Source of the DNA: Fibrobacteria bacterium
GTDB taxonomy: Bacteria > Fibrobacterota > Fibrobacteria > UBA11236
DNA length: 43,553 nucleotides
Reading direction: 5' to 3'
NCBI GenBank assembly: GCA_041746255.1
Contig: JBGTHM010000028.1
Coordinates: 1 to 43,553 of the forward strand
Numbering within the stretch: position 1 is the stretch's first letter; every line of letters starts with the position of its first letter. Under the pieces are notes generated by a model. The model did not search any database and was not told the DNA's origin. It saw only the letters and a list, made by a program, of their open reading frames with translations. A program made the position numbers and the translations under genes. Shown piece after piece: positions 1 to 9,089 of this stretch.

Positions 1-3
1 AGG

Positions 4-99
4 AAGTTCAGGGCGAGGCCCGAGGCCTTGAGAACCCTGAAGGCGTGGCTGGAGGCCACGTCGATGGGTTTGAAAGGTCGAGAACGACGCCCTGGACTT
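4..99 (+). repeat. Long nested hairpin (structured intergenic repeat / MITE-like element, probably truncated by the window edge)
   Basis: Four nested stems: 4-15/88-99 (AAGTTCAGGGCG/CGCCCTGGACTT), 24-29/74-79, 33-37/66-70 and 42-49/55-62. The non-Watson-Crick pairs are G-T on the + strand. Confidence 0.55.
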
Positions 100-139
100 T
101 CGTAGCCGGCCGTAGTAGAACCCCATTCTGTTAGGCACT

Positions 140-1237
140 CTAAGGCGCACCTTCCAGGTCAATGCCGTAATAGCCTCCCAATCGGCCAATGGCGTCCTGC
201 GTATGTTTCGCGCTTAAAAGGGGATCGATTATATCCCTCTGCAAGTCAGGCACGAAGCTGGCGATGATTTCAGAATTTCCTTCGCACCTATCCTGTAAAA
301 CCACTTTTCCACAACTGGCGGGTAAAAGTACGGTTTGCCCCAACTCGATTTCCATGGTTGGTGCCGCATGCGAAAAAAGCGAGAAGCAACCCTTGACGCA
401 GGTCAACACGGTGAAGCGCTCCCGCTCAGGCAGGTGCACCGGACCCTTGCAATCCCGGTATTTCACCAACGCGAAATAGGGACAGGCCACTAAATAATCC
501 TCCCGATGGCTTTTAGCCATAACGGATAAAGGTTCGATTTTATGGCGGTCGTGCGAGGTAAAATCCAGTATTTGCGCGGCTTCCTTTACATGCAATTGAC
601 GCGGCCTGCCCTCATCGTCCAGCCTATCCCAATCATAGAGTCGAAAGGTGGTATCGGAATTTTGCTGGACTTCGTAAATCAGAATTCCAGGGGTGATGGC
701 ATGTACGGTTCCCGCGGGAATGAAAACCAAATCGCCCGGTTTGACGGGTACCTTTCGTAACAGACTTCCGCAGTCCTTACCCTTGAGGGTTTCCAATATG
801 GCAGCGCGGTCGTCTCCCGGTTGCAAGCCGAGAATCAGCTCGGCCCCCGGGGGAGCATCCACAATATACCAGCACTCGGTTTTGGCATCGCCTAAGGGGC
901 TGTTCTTGCCGGGGTGAACCTGCACGGAGAGGTTCTGGTCGGCATAGATGAATTTATACAGGAGGGGGAACCTGTCTCCTGCGCCGGAAGCCTGGCTTCC
1001 CAAAATATCGATACGGTGTCTTTGGTACAGGTTATGAAAATTTTCCCCGTCGAACATCCCCCCCGACACCGTGGTCTCACAACCCGCATAATCAGAAAGC
1101 TCCCAGGATTCCCCTAGGCGGGTGTTCGAGGCGTCCCCTTTACCCAAAAGGCGGAAAAGGCCATCGCCGCCCCAAATTTTCGCTTGCAGCAAAGGACGGA
1201 ATTTCAGGGGCTCAATGAGCAAGGGTTTACGGACCAT
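140..1237 (-). CDS. manA: Mannose-6-phosphate isomerase, class I (cupin)
   Basis: KIWGG, GESWE, FPLLYK, LSVQVHP, KTECWY, PAGTVHA and EVQQNSDTTFRLYDW motifs of type I PMI. Confidence 0.9.
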   Translation of the reverse strand: MVRKPLLIEPLKFRPLLQAKIWGGDGLFRLLGKGDASNTRLGESWELSDYAGCETTVSGGMFDGENFHNLYQRHRIDILGSQASGAGDRFPLLYKFIYADQNLSVQVHPGKNSPLGDAKTECWYIVDAPPGAELILGLQPGDDRAAILETLKGKDCGSLLRKVPVKPGDLVFIPAGTVHAITPGILIYEVQQNSDTTFRLYDWDRLDDEGRPRQLHVKEAAQILDFTSHDRHKIEPLSVMAKSHREDYLVACPYFALVKYRDCKGPVHLPERERFTVLTCVKGCFSLFSHAAPTMEIELGQTVLLPASCGKVVLQDRCEGNSEIIASFVPDLQRDIIDPLLSAKHTQDAIGRLGGYYGIDLEGAP

Positions 1238-1292
1238 AAAGACTCCTTGCCGATAAGGATAAAATATTACCGGATAGGAGGCGAATGTTGGA

Positions 1293-1730
1293 TTAGGACA
1301 GGTGGTGGGTTTTTCCGTTCAGTTGATGCTCATCGGTGGTGATGAAGCTGGATTCACTGGCCCCGGGGTTTAAAAAGAGACCTTTGGGTTGCAGCACCTT
1401 CTCGGTAAATTCCTCGAAAGTGGGAAAAATTTTGTTGTTGAAAATAATATTGAAGCCGATGGTGGCGAAAAGGTATTGGATATAATCCGATGTGGAGACG
1501 ATATAGATGTCTCCGCCTTTTTCCTGCACCTTTTTCATATTGTAAATCAGGGCCCCGATTCCACCGGAACACAGGAAATTCACATCGTCCAAGTTGAATA
1601 CGATATGCTGGCATCCGGCGTCTATGGCCTTCAGGATTTCCCGGTCTAAAACGCGGGAGTTTTCCCAACCGATTTTTCCTTTGATGAGGAAGAGGGCGAT
1701 ATCGGCATTGCTGTTGATGCGAATTTCCAT
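1293..1730 (-). CDS. STAS-domain anti-sigma-factor antagonist
   Basis: IVFNLDDVNFLCSGGIGAL matches the STAS/SpoIIAA phosphorylated-Ser motif; 145 aa. Confidence 0.85.
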   Translation of the reverse strand: MEIRINSNADIALFLIKGKIGWENSRVLDREILKAIDAGCQHIVFNLDDVNFLCSGGIGALIYNMKKVQEKGGDIYIVSTSDYIQYLFATIGFNIIFNNKIFPTFEEFTEKVLQPKGLFLNPGASESSFITTDEHQLNGKTHHLS

Positions 1731-1745
1731 GGCGTTCTCCAGGCT

Positions 1746-2435
1746 TTAAGCATCCTCAGTATAGGGGATGGATCGCCTGTCTTCAAGCCATTTATCCAGC
1801 TTGGAAAAAGTCAATTTCTCCGTTTCGTCCCTTAATTCGCCCGCCGCCCCCGGAAGCTTGCCGGTTATGGCTTTGGCTTGGGCGAAGCCGTCGGCAATGG
1901 CGTTGCGGATTTTCCGTACGAAAGCCTCGGCGTCCTCCCCATGCGAAGCTGCGAATGAGGTCGCAAAATTGACGATACGATTGGCTGTATTTTCGGCGTT
2001 CCAATAGTCGGGAAGCCCCGGAATTGTTGGGGTATTTCCGACTTTTTCACCTTTAAGCAGAGTTTCGTTCGCTTTACCGGTCAAATCCCCCAACCGTTCC
2101 AGGGTTTCGGCAATGTCTTTAAGGCCTTGCTGGAATTGGGGGTCTTTGGATTTTCGCATTCCGGCTTCCAGCAGTCGGAGTTGCTGTTCCTCCAATTGCC
2201 GGCGGGCCATTTCCGCCCACTCCCGGATTTCTTCTCTCGATTTGTCGTTATCGGGTCGGATAGAGCCCCCAGACCGCAATTCCAGCACATCTCCGTCCCG
2301 GCTTTTTACACCGGAGGAATTCGGAGATTCGACCTGGGGGTGGGAGTTTTTTTCACCCGTTTTCGCAGGGCGACCTTTAGGCATTTGGGTTTCAGCTTGG
2401 ACTATGCCTGGTGCGGGAGAAATGGGCTGTATCAT
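1746..2435 (-). CDS. DUF5610-like hypothetical protein
   Basis: C-terminal YWNAENTANRIVNFA...AIADGFAQAK...GKLP pattern resembles DUF5610-type proteins; low-complexity N-terminus. Confidence 0.6.
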   Translation of the reverse strand: MIQPISPAPGIVQAETQMPKGRPAKTGEKNSHPQVESPNSSGVKSRDGDVLELRSGGSIRPDNDKSREEIREWAEMARRQLEEQQLRLLEAGMRKSKDPQFQQGLKDIAETLERLGDLTGKANETLLKGEKVGNTPTIPGLPDYWNAENTANRIVNFATSFAASHGEDAEAFVRKIRNAIADGFAQAKAITGKLPGAAGELRDETEKLTFSKLDKWLEDRRSIPYTEDA

Positions 2436-2467
2436 GGGCGATATCCTTTACAAGAACGCATAGTATT

Positions 2468-2495
2468 GAATCGGTAAAGTTCGCGTGGAACTTGA
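2468..2495 (-). promoter_or_regulatory. Putative sigma-28 (FliA) promoter for the DUF5610-like gene
   Basis: Minus strand reads TCAAGTTC-N12-ACCGATTC, close to the TAAAGTTT-N11-GCCGATAA consensus, about 30 nt upstream of the ATG. Confidence 0.45.
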
Positions 2496-2599
2496 GGTAA
2501 TTCTTACAGCGAAGGGCGGTAAATAGGGGATTTAGGGAGGAAAATTTTTTGATGCTACCATCCCGTCCAGGTTCGGTCAAGCGGTAAAATCGTAATTCG

Positions 2600-2735
2600 A
2601 AAGATTTTTGTGAATAGCTTGTGGATAAGGGGTTTACTGAAACGGCATAAGGGTGCGAAAAGAAATCTCTGAGAAATTGTTGAGATTTCCTTTGCCGGGG
2701 CCCACAAGTTCTATTAAATATTTCTCTACTTAATG
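2600..2735. promoter_or_regulatory. DnaA boxes / candidate oriC or dnaA autoregulatory region
   Basis: Perfect box TGTGGATAA at 2620-2628 with a tandem degenerate box TGTGAATAG at 2609-2617, an imperfect inverted repeat at ~2659-2693 and an AT-rich tract at ~2707-2735, all directly upstream of dnaA. Confidence 0.5.
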
Positions 2736-2871
2736 AAGATTCTCCAACCGATGCAAAACTTTCGAAATAGTGTGGCGACATGGAGTTACGTCCTCGCACA
2801 ATTCAAGTGCTTCACGGTTGTTACAAACTCTTGCGGCGAAAGTCGTTAACCGACCTGATGGAAAGGATGCT

Positions 2872-4272
2872 ATGGTGGGAGAACGGATGTTGACGGATGC
2901 ACGCGAAAAGTCGATTTGGCCGGAGTGCCTGAGTGATCTCAGCTCCAAGGTTTCCGAGTCCGCTCTAAATACCTGGTTTTCGGCACTGGAATTGATCGAC
3001 TTCAATGGTTCTGAAATGATCATCAGTGTTCCGAACACTTTCGTCCTGGAATATGTGGCCCACCATTATAAGCGCAGCATTGAGGCCTCCGCCGAATCCG
3101 TCCTGGGACACCCTGTATCGGTAAGCTTTCAGGTCGGCGCCCGCCAAGGTTCGGGATTCGAGGAGGAAATGGGTTTCCCGGTCCTTCCCGAAATCGTTTA
3201 CCACGAGGTCGCCGAACCTCCGCGCGAAAAGGTCGATGTCAATGTCACGGTTCCCCTCAACGTCAAATCCACTTTCGAAAACTTCGTGGTGGGGGATTGT
3301 AACCGCCTCGCGCATGCCGCTTGCATGGCGGTGGCCGAATCGCCCCGTCAGAATAATTTCAATCCCCTGGTGATATATGGCGGAACCGGAATGGGCAAGA
3401 CCCACCTTCTGCAAGCCATCGTGCATTTTTGCGTTGAAAATGAAACCGCCCGGAAAATCGTCTATCGGACTTCCGAGGAGTTTACCCGGGAATATATCGA
3501 GTTCGTGCAGAAAAGCCGCGACTCGCGCACCTTCTACCGGGTCTATAAAGACGCCGACGTTCTGATCATCGACGATATCCAATTCCTGGCGGGAAAACAA
3601 AGCACCCAGGACGAGTTCTTTAATATTTTCAGCATCCTACAATCGATGAATAAGCAAATCGTCATCACCTCGGATCGCCCCCCTGCTGAGATCAAGGGGC
3701 TTCATTCTCGCCTCCTTTCCCGCTTTGATACCGGCCTACTGGCCGATTTGACTCCGCCCAATCTGGAAACCCGCCTGGCCATCCTCCGCAAGAAAAACGA
3801 AGAAGACGGATGCTCCTTCATTACCGACGACGTTCTCAGCTATGTGGCCAACCAGGTAACTTCCAATGTCCGTGAACTGGAAGGCACGCTCATCAAGCTT
3901 TCCGCCTTTGCCGGCTTCACCCATATGCCTATCACCGTGGATATCGCCAAGCAGATTTTCGGGGACACCTTACGAAATGCCAACCGGCCCGTCTCCATCA
4001 AGCGCATCATCGAAAGGGTAGCCGGTGAATATTCCTTGTCCGTCTCCCTGCTGACCTCGCAAACCCGCAAGAAAAACGTGGCCGAACCCCGGCAAATAGC
4101 CATGTATCTGGCCCGTCAACTTACCGACAACTCGCTGCATACCATCGGCCTCGCCTTCGGTCGCGATTACTCGACAGTCATCCACAGTATCAAGAAAGTC
4201 GAGCAGGCCATGATACATGAAGCTTCCCTCAAGGGGCAAATCGACCGTTTGGCCGAGTCCATCTCCATGTAA
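2872..4272 (+). CDS. dnaA: Chromosomal replication initiator DnaA
   Basis: TFENFVVG, NPLVIYGGTGMGKTHLL (Walker A), LIIDDIQFL, SNVRELEG and PRQIAMYL. Start moved from the ORF-track 2770 to ATG 2872 (AAAGGA upstream); 2887 is an alternative. Confidence 0.97.
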   Translation: MVGERMLTDAREKSIWPECLSDLSSKVSESALNTWFSALELIDFNGSEMIISVPNTFVLEYVAHHYKRSIEASAESVLGHPVSVSFQVGARQGSGFEEEMGFPVLPEIVYHEVAEPPREKVDVNVTVPLNVKSTFENFVVGDCNRLAHAACMAVAESPRQNNFNPLVIYGGTGMGKTHLLQAIVHFCVENETARKIVYRTSEEFTREYIEFVQKSRDSRTFYRVYKDADVLIIDDIQFLAGKQSTQDEFFNIFSILQSMNKQIVITSDRPPAEIKGLHSRLLSRFDTGLLADLTPPNLETRLAILRKKNEEDGCSFITDDVLSYVANQVTSNVRELEGTLIKLSAFAGFTHMPITVDIAKQIFGDTLRNANRPVSIKRIIERVAGEYSLSVSLLTSQTRKKNVAEPRQIAMYLARQLTDNSLHTIGLAFGRDYSTVIHSIKKVEQAMIHEASLKGQIDRLAESISM

Positions 4273-4432
4273 ACACTTTTTTCGATCCGAAGCCTTCTCT
4301 TCCGGATTCCTAACAAAACGAAATACTTACCGCCCCCGACTTGTCCCTTACGCTCAAGTTTCTATTTTGAGGCCCGCATTGGTTCCATTTCTATTCGGCT
4401 AATTCCAACGAAACCCTAGCGAAACGAGCCTT

Positions 4433-5149
4433 ATGTTCGGTGAATTACCCCTATTATCCATCCTGGTCAAATCGGGCATCAGCAGCTGGGCCGTCGTCTT
4501 CATTCTGATGTGCCTCTCCGTGGGGGTTTGGGCGGTCATGCTCCTCAAATGGGTGGGTAATCGTAAAAAAGAAGCCTCCTTCCGACGTTGGCTTGATTTG
4601 ATGGGCGGAAGCGCCTCCTTCCAAGACTTGCTGAAACTTTCCAAGACCATGCCCAACAGTCAAATGGCGCGCATTTCCCAATCGGCGCTTGACGAGATGC
4701 AGACGCTTTCCGCCCAGGTTTCGCGCGACACGCTCGATTTTCGCGGACAATTGATTTCCGAGTCGATTGAGCGTGCTGTGGATGTGGAGAAACAGCGAAA
4801 CGACCATTATCTGGTGTATCTGGCCTTTTGCAGCGCCACGGCTCCGGTCCTGGGACTTCTGGGTACTATTTGGGGCATTATGAATGCCTTCTATGCCATC
4901 GGCCAACAGGGTTCGGCCAGTTTGACCGTGGTCGCTCCCGGTATCGCCGAAGCGCTGGTCACCACACTTGTTGGTCTCCTGGTCGCGATTCCGGCGTCCA
5001 TCGGTTACAACGTTTTCGTAGCCTTCAACCGCAAAGCGGAGGCCATCATGTATCGCTTCGGCTCCGAATTGGTAAGCCTGTTCAAACGAGGCGATTTGAC
5101 CGTCATGGAACGTGGAAGCCGTCCGGTTACGAAAGATTATGCGCCGTAG
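4433..5149 (+). CDS. tolQ: TolQ (MotA/TolQ/ExbB proton channel)
   Basis: APVLGLLGTIWGIM and VAPGIAEALVTT motifs; tol-pal context. Confidence 0.92.
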   Translation: MFGELPLLSILVKSGISSWAVVFILMCLSVGVWAVMLLKWVGNRKKEASFRRWLDLMGGSASFQDLLKLSKTMPNSQMARISQSALDEMQTLSAQVSRDTLDFRGQLISESIERAVDVEKQRNDHYLVYLAFCSATAPVLGLLGTIWGIMNAFYAIGQQGSASLTVVAPGIAEALVTTLVGLLVAIPASIGYNVFVAFNRKAEAIMYRFGSELVSLFKRGDLTVMERGSRPVTKDYAP

Positions 5150-5558
5150 AACCTCTCTCCCGCTTTCCGCCGAGCTGAACCTCACCAACCTGATTGATGT
5201 GGTGTTCGCCATTTTGGTGGTATTCATGATAACCGCGCCGCTCATGAGCCAGGGCGTCAAAGTGGATTTGCCGGAAGCGAAGGCATCGTCACTGGACGAA
5301 CAGAAATCCATCCATGTCACCATTACCAAGGGCCGGGAAATCCTCATAGATGAAATGCCTTCGGATCCCATGGGTTTCGAAAAGGATTTCCGTCAGGTGT
5401 GGACGGGTGACCAGGAAACCGCCATCGTTATCAACGCGGACCAAGGGGTGCCGTATGGTTTCATTATGGAAGTGGTAGCGGCAATTCATCGGCAAGGCGG
5501 TAAACGCATCGGATTCTTGACCGACCCGGAGGGTAGGCGACGGCCCACCGACTTATAG
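5139..5558 (+). CDS. tolR: TolR (ExbD/TolR family)
   Basis: LNLTNLIDVVFAILVVFMITAP; ATG at 5139 overlaps the end of tolQ. Confidence 0.92.
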   Translation: MRRRTSLPLSAELNLTNLIDVVFAILVVFMITAPLMSQGVKVDLPEAKASSLDEQKSIHVTITKGREILIDEMPSDPMGFEKDFRQVWTGDQETAIVINADQGVPYGFIMEVVAAIHRQGGKRIGFLTDPEGRRRPTDL

Positions 5559-5561
5559 CCC

Positions 5562-6293
5562 ATGGATCCCCGGCATGCATCGGTTTTCCGGACGGCGCAT
5601 CTCAATGCGGACAAAACCCCTGAAGAAGGGGGAAGGCCGCGTGTTGGGGTTCTCTATTCCATTTTGGCGCATTTGCTCCTGATCGTCGTTTTGGGCGGTT
5701 TGAGTTGGATACTACAGCAAAGGCGGCCGGAAACCGTCAAGGTTTTTGAGCTCGTGGTATTGGAAGAGCCCAAGTTAAGGCCGATGCGTCCCAAGGTGAA
5801 GCCGCCCCCCGAACCTCCGCCCAAACCCGACGAGCCCGTAAGGCCGAAGGATCCGCCTAAGTTGACGCCGACGCCGGAGAAGCCGCCCCAAAAAAGGCCG
5901 GAGCCCAAGGTCGTACGCGAGCCGGACACCACCCGAAAACAGGTGGATATGACTCCGGTATACGAAGAATCGCAACCCAAGGTGGAATTGCAAAATGTGG
6001 ACGATACACGGCTCTCGTTTTGGGCCCGCCGGGTTAAAAAAAGTGCCGAGCTTTTATGGAATCCCCCTACGGGAATTGATATCTTGGCAAACGTAATGGT
6101 TGTGGTCCATTTCAAGGCACATAGAAACGGGAACGTGGAAAATATCCGTATCGGAAAAAGCTCGGGTAATTCGGTGTTAGACAATATCGCCGTGCAAACC
6201 ATAACCCGGATGGGTAGCGTGCCTCCCATCCCGCCCAACTTCCCAGACGACGAAATCGAAGTCGGAATCGAGTTTCCCTATCATGCCCGTTAA
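5562..6293 (+). CDS. tolA: TolA/TonB-like energy transducer
   Basis: Single TM helix (SILAHLLL), Pro/Lys/Glu-rich linker and TonB-C domain (KSSGNSVLD); lies between tolR and tolB. Confidence 0.8.
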   Translation: MDPRHASVFRTAHLNADKTPEEGGRPRVGVLYSILAHLLLIVVLGGLSWILQQRRPETVKVFELVVLEEPKLRPMRPKVKPPPEPPPKPDEPVRPKDPPKLTPTPEKPPQKRPEPKVVREPDTTRKQVDMTPVYEESQPKVELQNVDDTRLSFWARRVKKSAELLWNPPTGIDILANVMVVVHFKAHRNGNVENIRIGKSSGNSVLDNIAVQTITRMGSVPPIPPNFPDDEIEVGIEFPYHAR

Positions 6294-7566
6294 AGTCAAG
6301 CCAAGGTTTATCGCAAGTATCGCCTGGGCTATTTGCCTGCTGGCCGGCTTCTTTCCGGGCGTGACCTCCGCTCAGGACGTAGTCATCACGCTTGAACAAC
6401 GGGAGGAAGAAACCATCAGCCTCGGCTTCACCGATTTCAAGGTGGTGCAGGGAGGGGCCTCTCCACCCGCATTTTCGCCCGGAGAGGTGGTACGCGGCGA
6501 CCTGGAATTCAGTGGGCGCTTCAAAATATTTCACGCTTCCCGTTTCGACGAATCAGCCAAGAAATATTTCGAGGAGAGCGGAGCGCTGGCCTATGTCCGG
6601 GGTGATCTGACCTTTACCGGCGAAACCTTCGTCATTGACGGCCAACTGGTCGACTTGAGCACTGGAGAAGTTATTGTCGGGAAAAAATTGACCGGAAAGA
6701 AGGGCGAACTCCGAAAGTCCGCTCATGCCTTTTCGGATGAATTGGTCTACCAGCTTTTCGGCGAGAAGGGCATCGCGCAAACACGTATCACCTTTGTTTC
6801 CAGTCGTTCCGGGAATAAAGAGATTTACGCGATGGATTATGACGGCGCGCAATTCGAACCGGTTACCCAGAACGGCTCCATCAATCTTACTCCTTGTTGG
6901 ATTGATGAAAACCGGAAGATCATTTTTACCAGTTATGCGGGCAAGCATCCCGGCTTCCAGGTTTTCGACTTGGCGACCCGGTCCACCTCCCCGTTCTTAC
7001 CCTCCGCGGCGATGAGCACTGCGCCCGCTTACAATAAAATCGATCGCGAGGTTGTCTACGCCAACTCTTCAGGCGGCACCACCGAAATCTTCCGGGCGCC
7101 TTCGGCGGGAGGCAAGCCCACCCGTCTCACATTTTCCGGAGGTATAAATACATCGCCCTCCTGGTCTCCCAACGGTTACGAAATCGTTTTCATGTCCGGC
7201 CGTAATGGTAATCCCATGCTGTATATCATGGATAGGGATGGATCCAACGTACGCCGCATCACATTTGAAGGCAGTTATCATGGTTCTCCCGCGTGGTCGC
7301 CTAAAGGCAGCCTGATTGTCTTCTCCTCGTTGGAAGGCGGCCGTATGGACCTCTACTCCATCACACCCGATGGGAAGAATCTTAGGCGGCTCACCCAGGG
7401 CGCGGGAAGCAATGAAAGCCCGAGCTGGAGTCCCGACGGTAGGCATATCGTCTTTTCTTCGACCCGGTCGGGTAGCGCGGAAATCTGGGTGATGCGGGAT
7501 GATGGAAGCAATCCCAAGCGACTTAGTTTTTCCGGCGGAAATACCATGCCGAGGTGGTCTGACTAA
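6283..7566 (+). CDS. tolB: TolB beta-propeller protein
   Basis: Signal peptide, DLEFSGRF, GIAQTRI and several PD40 repeats (PSWSPNG, PAWSPKG, PSWSPDG). Confidence 0.95.
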   Translation: MPVKVKPRFIASIAWAICLLAGFFPGVTSAQDVVITLEQREEETISLGFTDFKVVQGGASPPAFSPGEVVRGDLEFSGRFKIFHASRFDESAKKYFEESGALAYVRGDLTFTGETFVIDGQLVDLSTGEVIVGKKLTGKKGELRKSAHAFSDELVYQLFGEKGIAQTRITFVSSRSGNKEIYAMDYDGAQFEPVTQNGSINLTPCWIDENRKIIFTSYAGKHPGFQVFDLATRSTSPFLPSAAMSTAPAYNKIDREVVYANSSGGTTEIFRAPSAGGKPTRLTFSGGINTSPSWSPNGYEIVFMSGRNGNPMLYIMDRDGSNVRRITFEGSYHGSPAWSPKGSLIVFSSLEGGRMDLYSITPDGKNLRRLTQGAGSNESPSWSPDGRHIVFSSTRSGSAEIWVMRDDGSNPKRLSFSGGNTMPRWSD

Positions 7567-7729
7567 AGCGGGAAATTGTAGATTGCGCTGCATCCAGAGC
7601 CCATTCGTCGCCTCGCAAAAGACGATTTCGTAATTTTTGCCCGATGAATGCTTGGGAATAATGCATCAACCAATTAACTTTTCACTTTGACCTAACCTTA
7701 CCTTACGGTATCTCAAAAAGGAGTGGAGA

Positions 7730-8239
7730 ATGAGTCCCAATCACTGGATGTCCCTGGCCATGGGCGCAATCTTGCTCATCGGCTGCGCTAAAAAACCCCA
7801 ACCCCAGGTCGAGGCTCCCGAGCCGACACCGCCCCCGATTTATCAAGCCGAACCGACACCGGATACCGGTCCCTCTGAACGGGATAGGATCCAGCAACGT
7901 ATCAACGAAGTCTTTCTTCCGATTTATTTCGGATTCGACGAAAGCACCCTTTCGGGTCCGTCGCGTTCCCGGTTGAGCGCCATTGGCGACCTTTTGAAAG
8001 AATACAGCGTAATAACGGTGCGGATAGAAGGCCATACGGATGAACGTGGAACCAATGAGTACAATCTGGCATTGGGTGAACGTCGCGCCAACTCCGCTAG
8101 GGAGTATCTTGTGAGTTACGGCATAGCGGCTTCCCGCTTGACCACTCTCAGCTATGGCGAAGAGCGTCCGGCCGAGTCCTGTTCCAGCGAATCCTGTTGG
8201 GATAAGAACCGTCGTGCGGAATTTACCACCTCGTTTTAA
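7730..8239 (+). CDS. pal: Peptidoglycan-associated lipoprotein Pal
   Basis: Lipobox LIGC; IYFGFD, IEGHTDERGTNEYNLALGERRA, SYGEERP and KNRRAE. Confidence 0.96.
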   Translation: MSPNHWMSLAMGAILLIGCAKKPQPQVEAPEPTPPPIYQAEPTPDTGPSERDRIQQRINEVFLPIYFGFDESTLSGPSRSRLSAIGDLLKEYSVITVRIEGHTDERGTNEYNLALGERRANSAREYLVSYGIAASRLTTLSYGEERPAESCSSESCWDKNRRAEFTTSF

Positions 8240-8245
8240 GGTAGA

Positions 8246-9046
8246 ATGAACAAAACCGCTCTATTGCTATCCGGCCTTGTCTTTTTGGGTGGCTGCTCGA
8301 AAATAACCCTCTTGCGTACCGAAGAGTTGCGCAAGGTGGATAGTCGGGTGAAGTCCGTTGAAGGCAAGGTGGACAGCTTGGCAAGGTCGGTCGACGATCT
8401 GAATATCAGCCAAGGAGGCCTTACCAGTAAAATGAAGGCCGACCTGACGGTGATGTTAGGTGATTTGCAAACCCAGATCTCCCGGCTTCAGGCCGATATC
8501 AAGGAATCCCAGTACCATTTCGAGCGACTGGGCGCCAAAGTGGATCGATTGGATCAGCGTAGATTGGTGTTCGCCGATGGCGACACCGTTTCCGCTTCAG
8601 GTAAACCTTCCGGAGTCGTTCCCAACCCGGATCCGGGTAAGGGTAAACCCACTCCCTCCTCGAGGGTGGTGGAAGGACTCGACGTGGAACACCTTTTCAC
8701 CCAGGCCCGCGAGGATTACCGCCTCGGTAAATACGATCTCGCCTTCCAAGGGTTTAAAACCGTTTATGAAAAGGATGCCGGTGGCAGTTTCAAGGACAAC
8801 GCCCTTTATTGGATGGGCGAGTGTTTTCTGCAAACCAACCAGAGCGAAAAGGCCATTGAAATGTTCCAGCGTTGCATCCAGGAGTTTCCCCGGAGCAGTA
8901 GGGTCTGCGCGGCCCGGTTCAAGATAGGCCTTATCCATCATCAGGCCAAAGAATTGGACAAACGGGACGAGGCCTGGAAGGCGCTCTCAACCGAATGTCC
9001 CGGAACCAACGAGGCGCAAAGAGCCGGTGAGATGTCGGCCCGATAA
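8246..9046 (+). CDS. cpoB: Tol-Pal system protein CpoB/YbgF (coiled coil + TPR)
   Basis: Lipobox LGGC, coiled coil and TPR motif NALYWMGEC; directly after pal. Confidence 0.85.
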   Translation: MNKTALLLSGLVFLGGCSKITLLRTEELRKVDSRVKSVEGKVDSLARSVDDLNISQGGLTSKMKADLTVMLGDLQTQISRLQADIKESQYHFERLGAKVDRLDQRRLVFADGDTVSASGKPSGVVPNPDPGKGKPTPSSRVVEGLDVEHLFTQAREDYRLGKYDLAFQGFKTVYEKDAGGSFKDNALYWMGECFLQTNQSEKAIEMFQRCIQEFPRSSRVCAARFKIGLIHHQAKELDKRDEAWKALSTECPGTNEAQRAGEMSAR

Positions 9047-9089
9047 CCCTCCAGGGGTTTTTACATTTCTGCTTTTTGTAATGCGCCGC

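Noticed and set aside
1249..1256. Perfect GCCGATAA sigma-28 -10 element on the + strand
   Set aside because: There is no correctly spaced -35 element and no plus-strand gene downstream.
4454..5371. 305-aa antisense ORF over tolQ/tolR, and similar ones such as 10690-11454, 23621-24355 and 36198-36983
   Set aside because: They lie opposite well-supported genes, have no recognisable motifs and are expected shadows in GC-rich coding DNA.
5790..5935. Repetitive Pro/Lys/Glu-coding DNA as a tandem repeat or array
   Set aside because: It is the normal TolA/TonB periplasmic linker with no fixed repeat unit. No CRISPR-like array was seen anywhere in the window.
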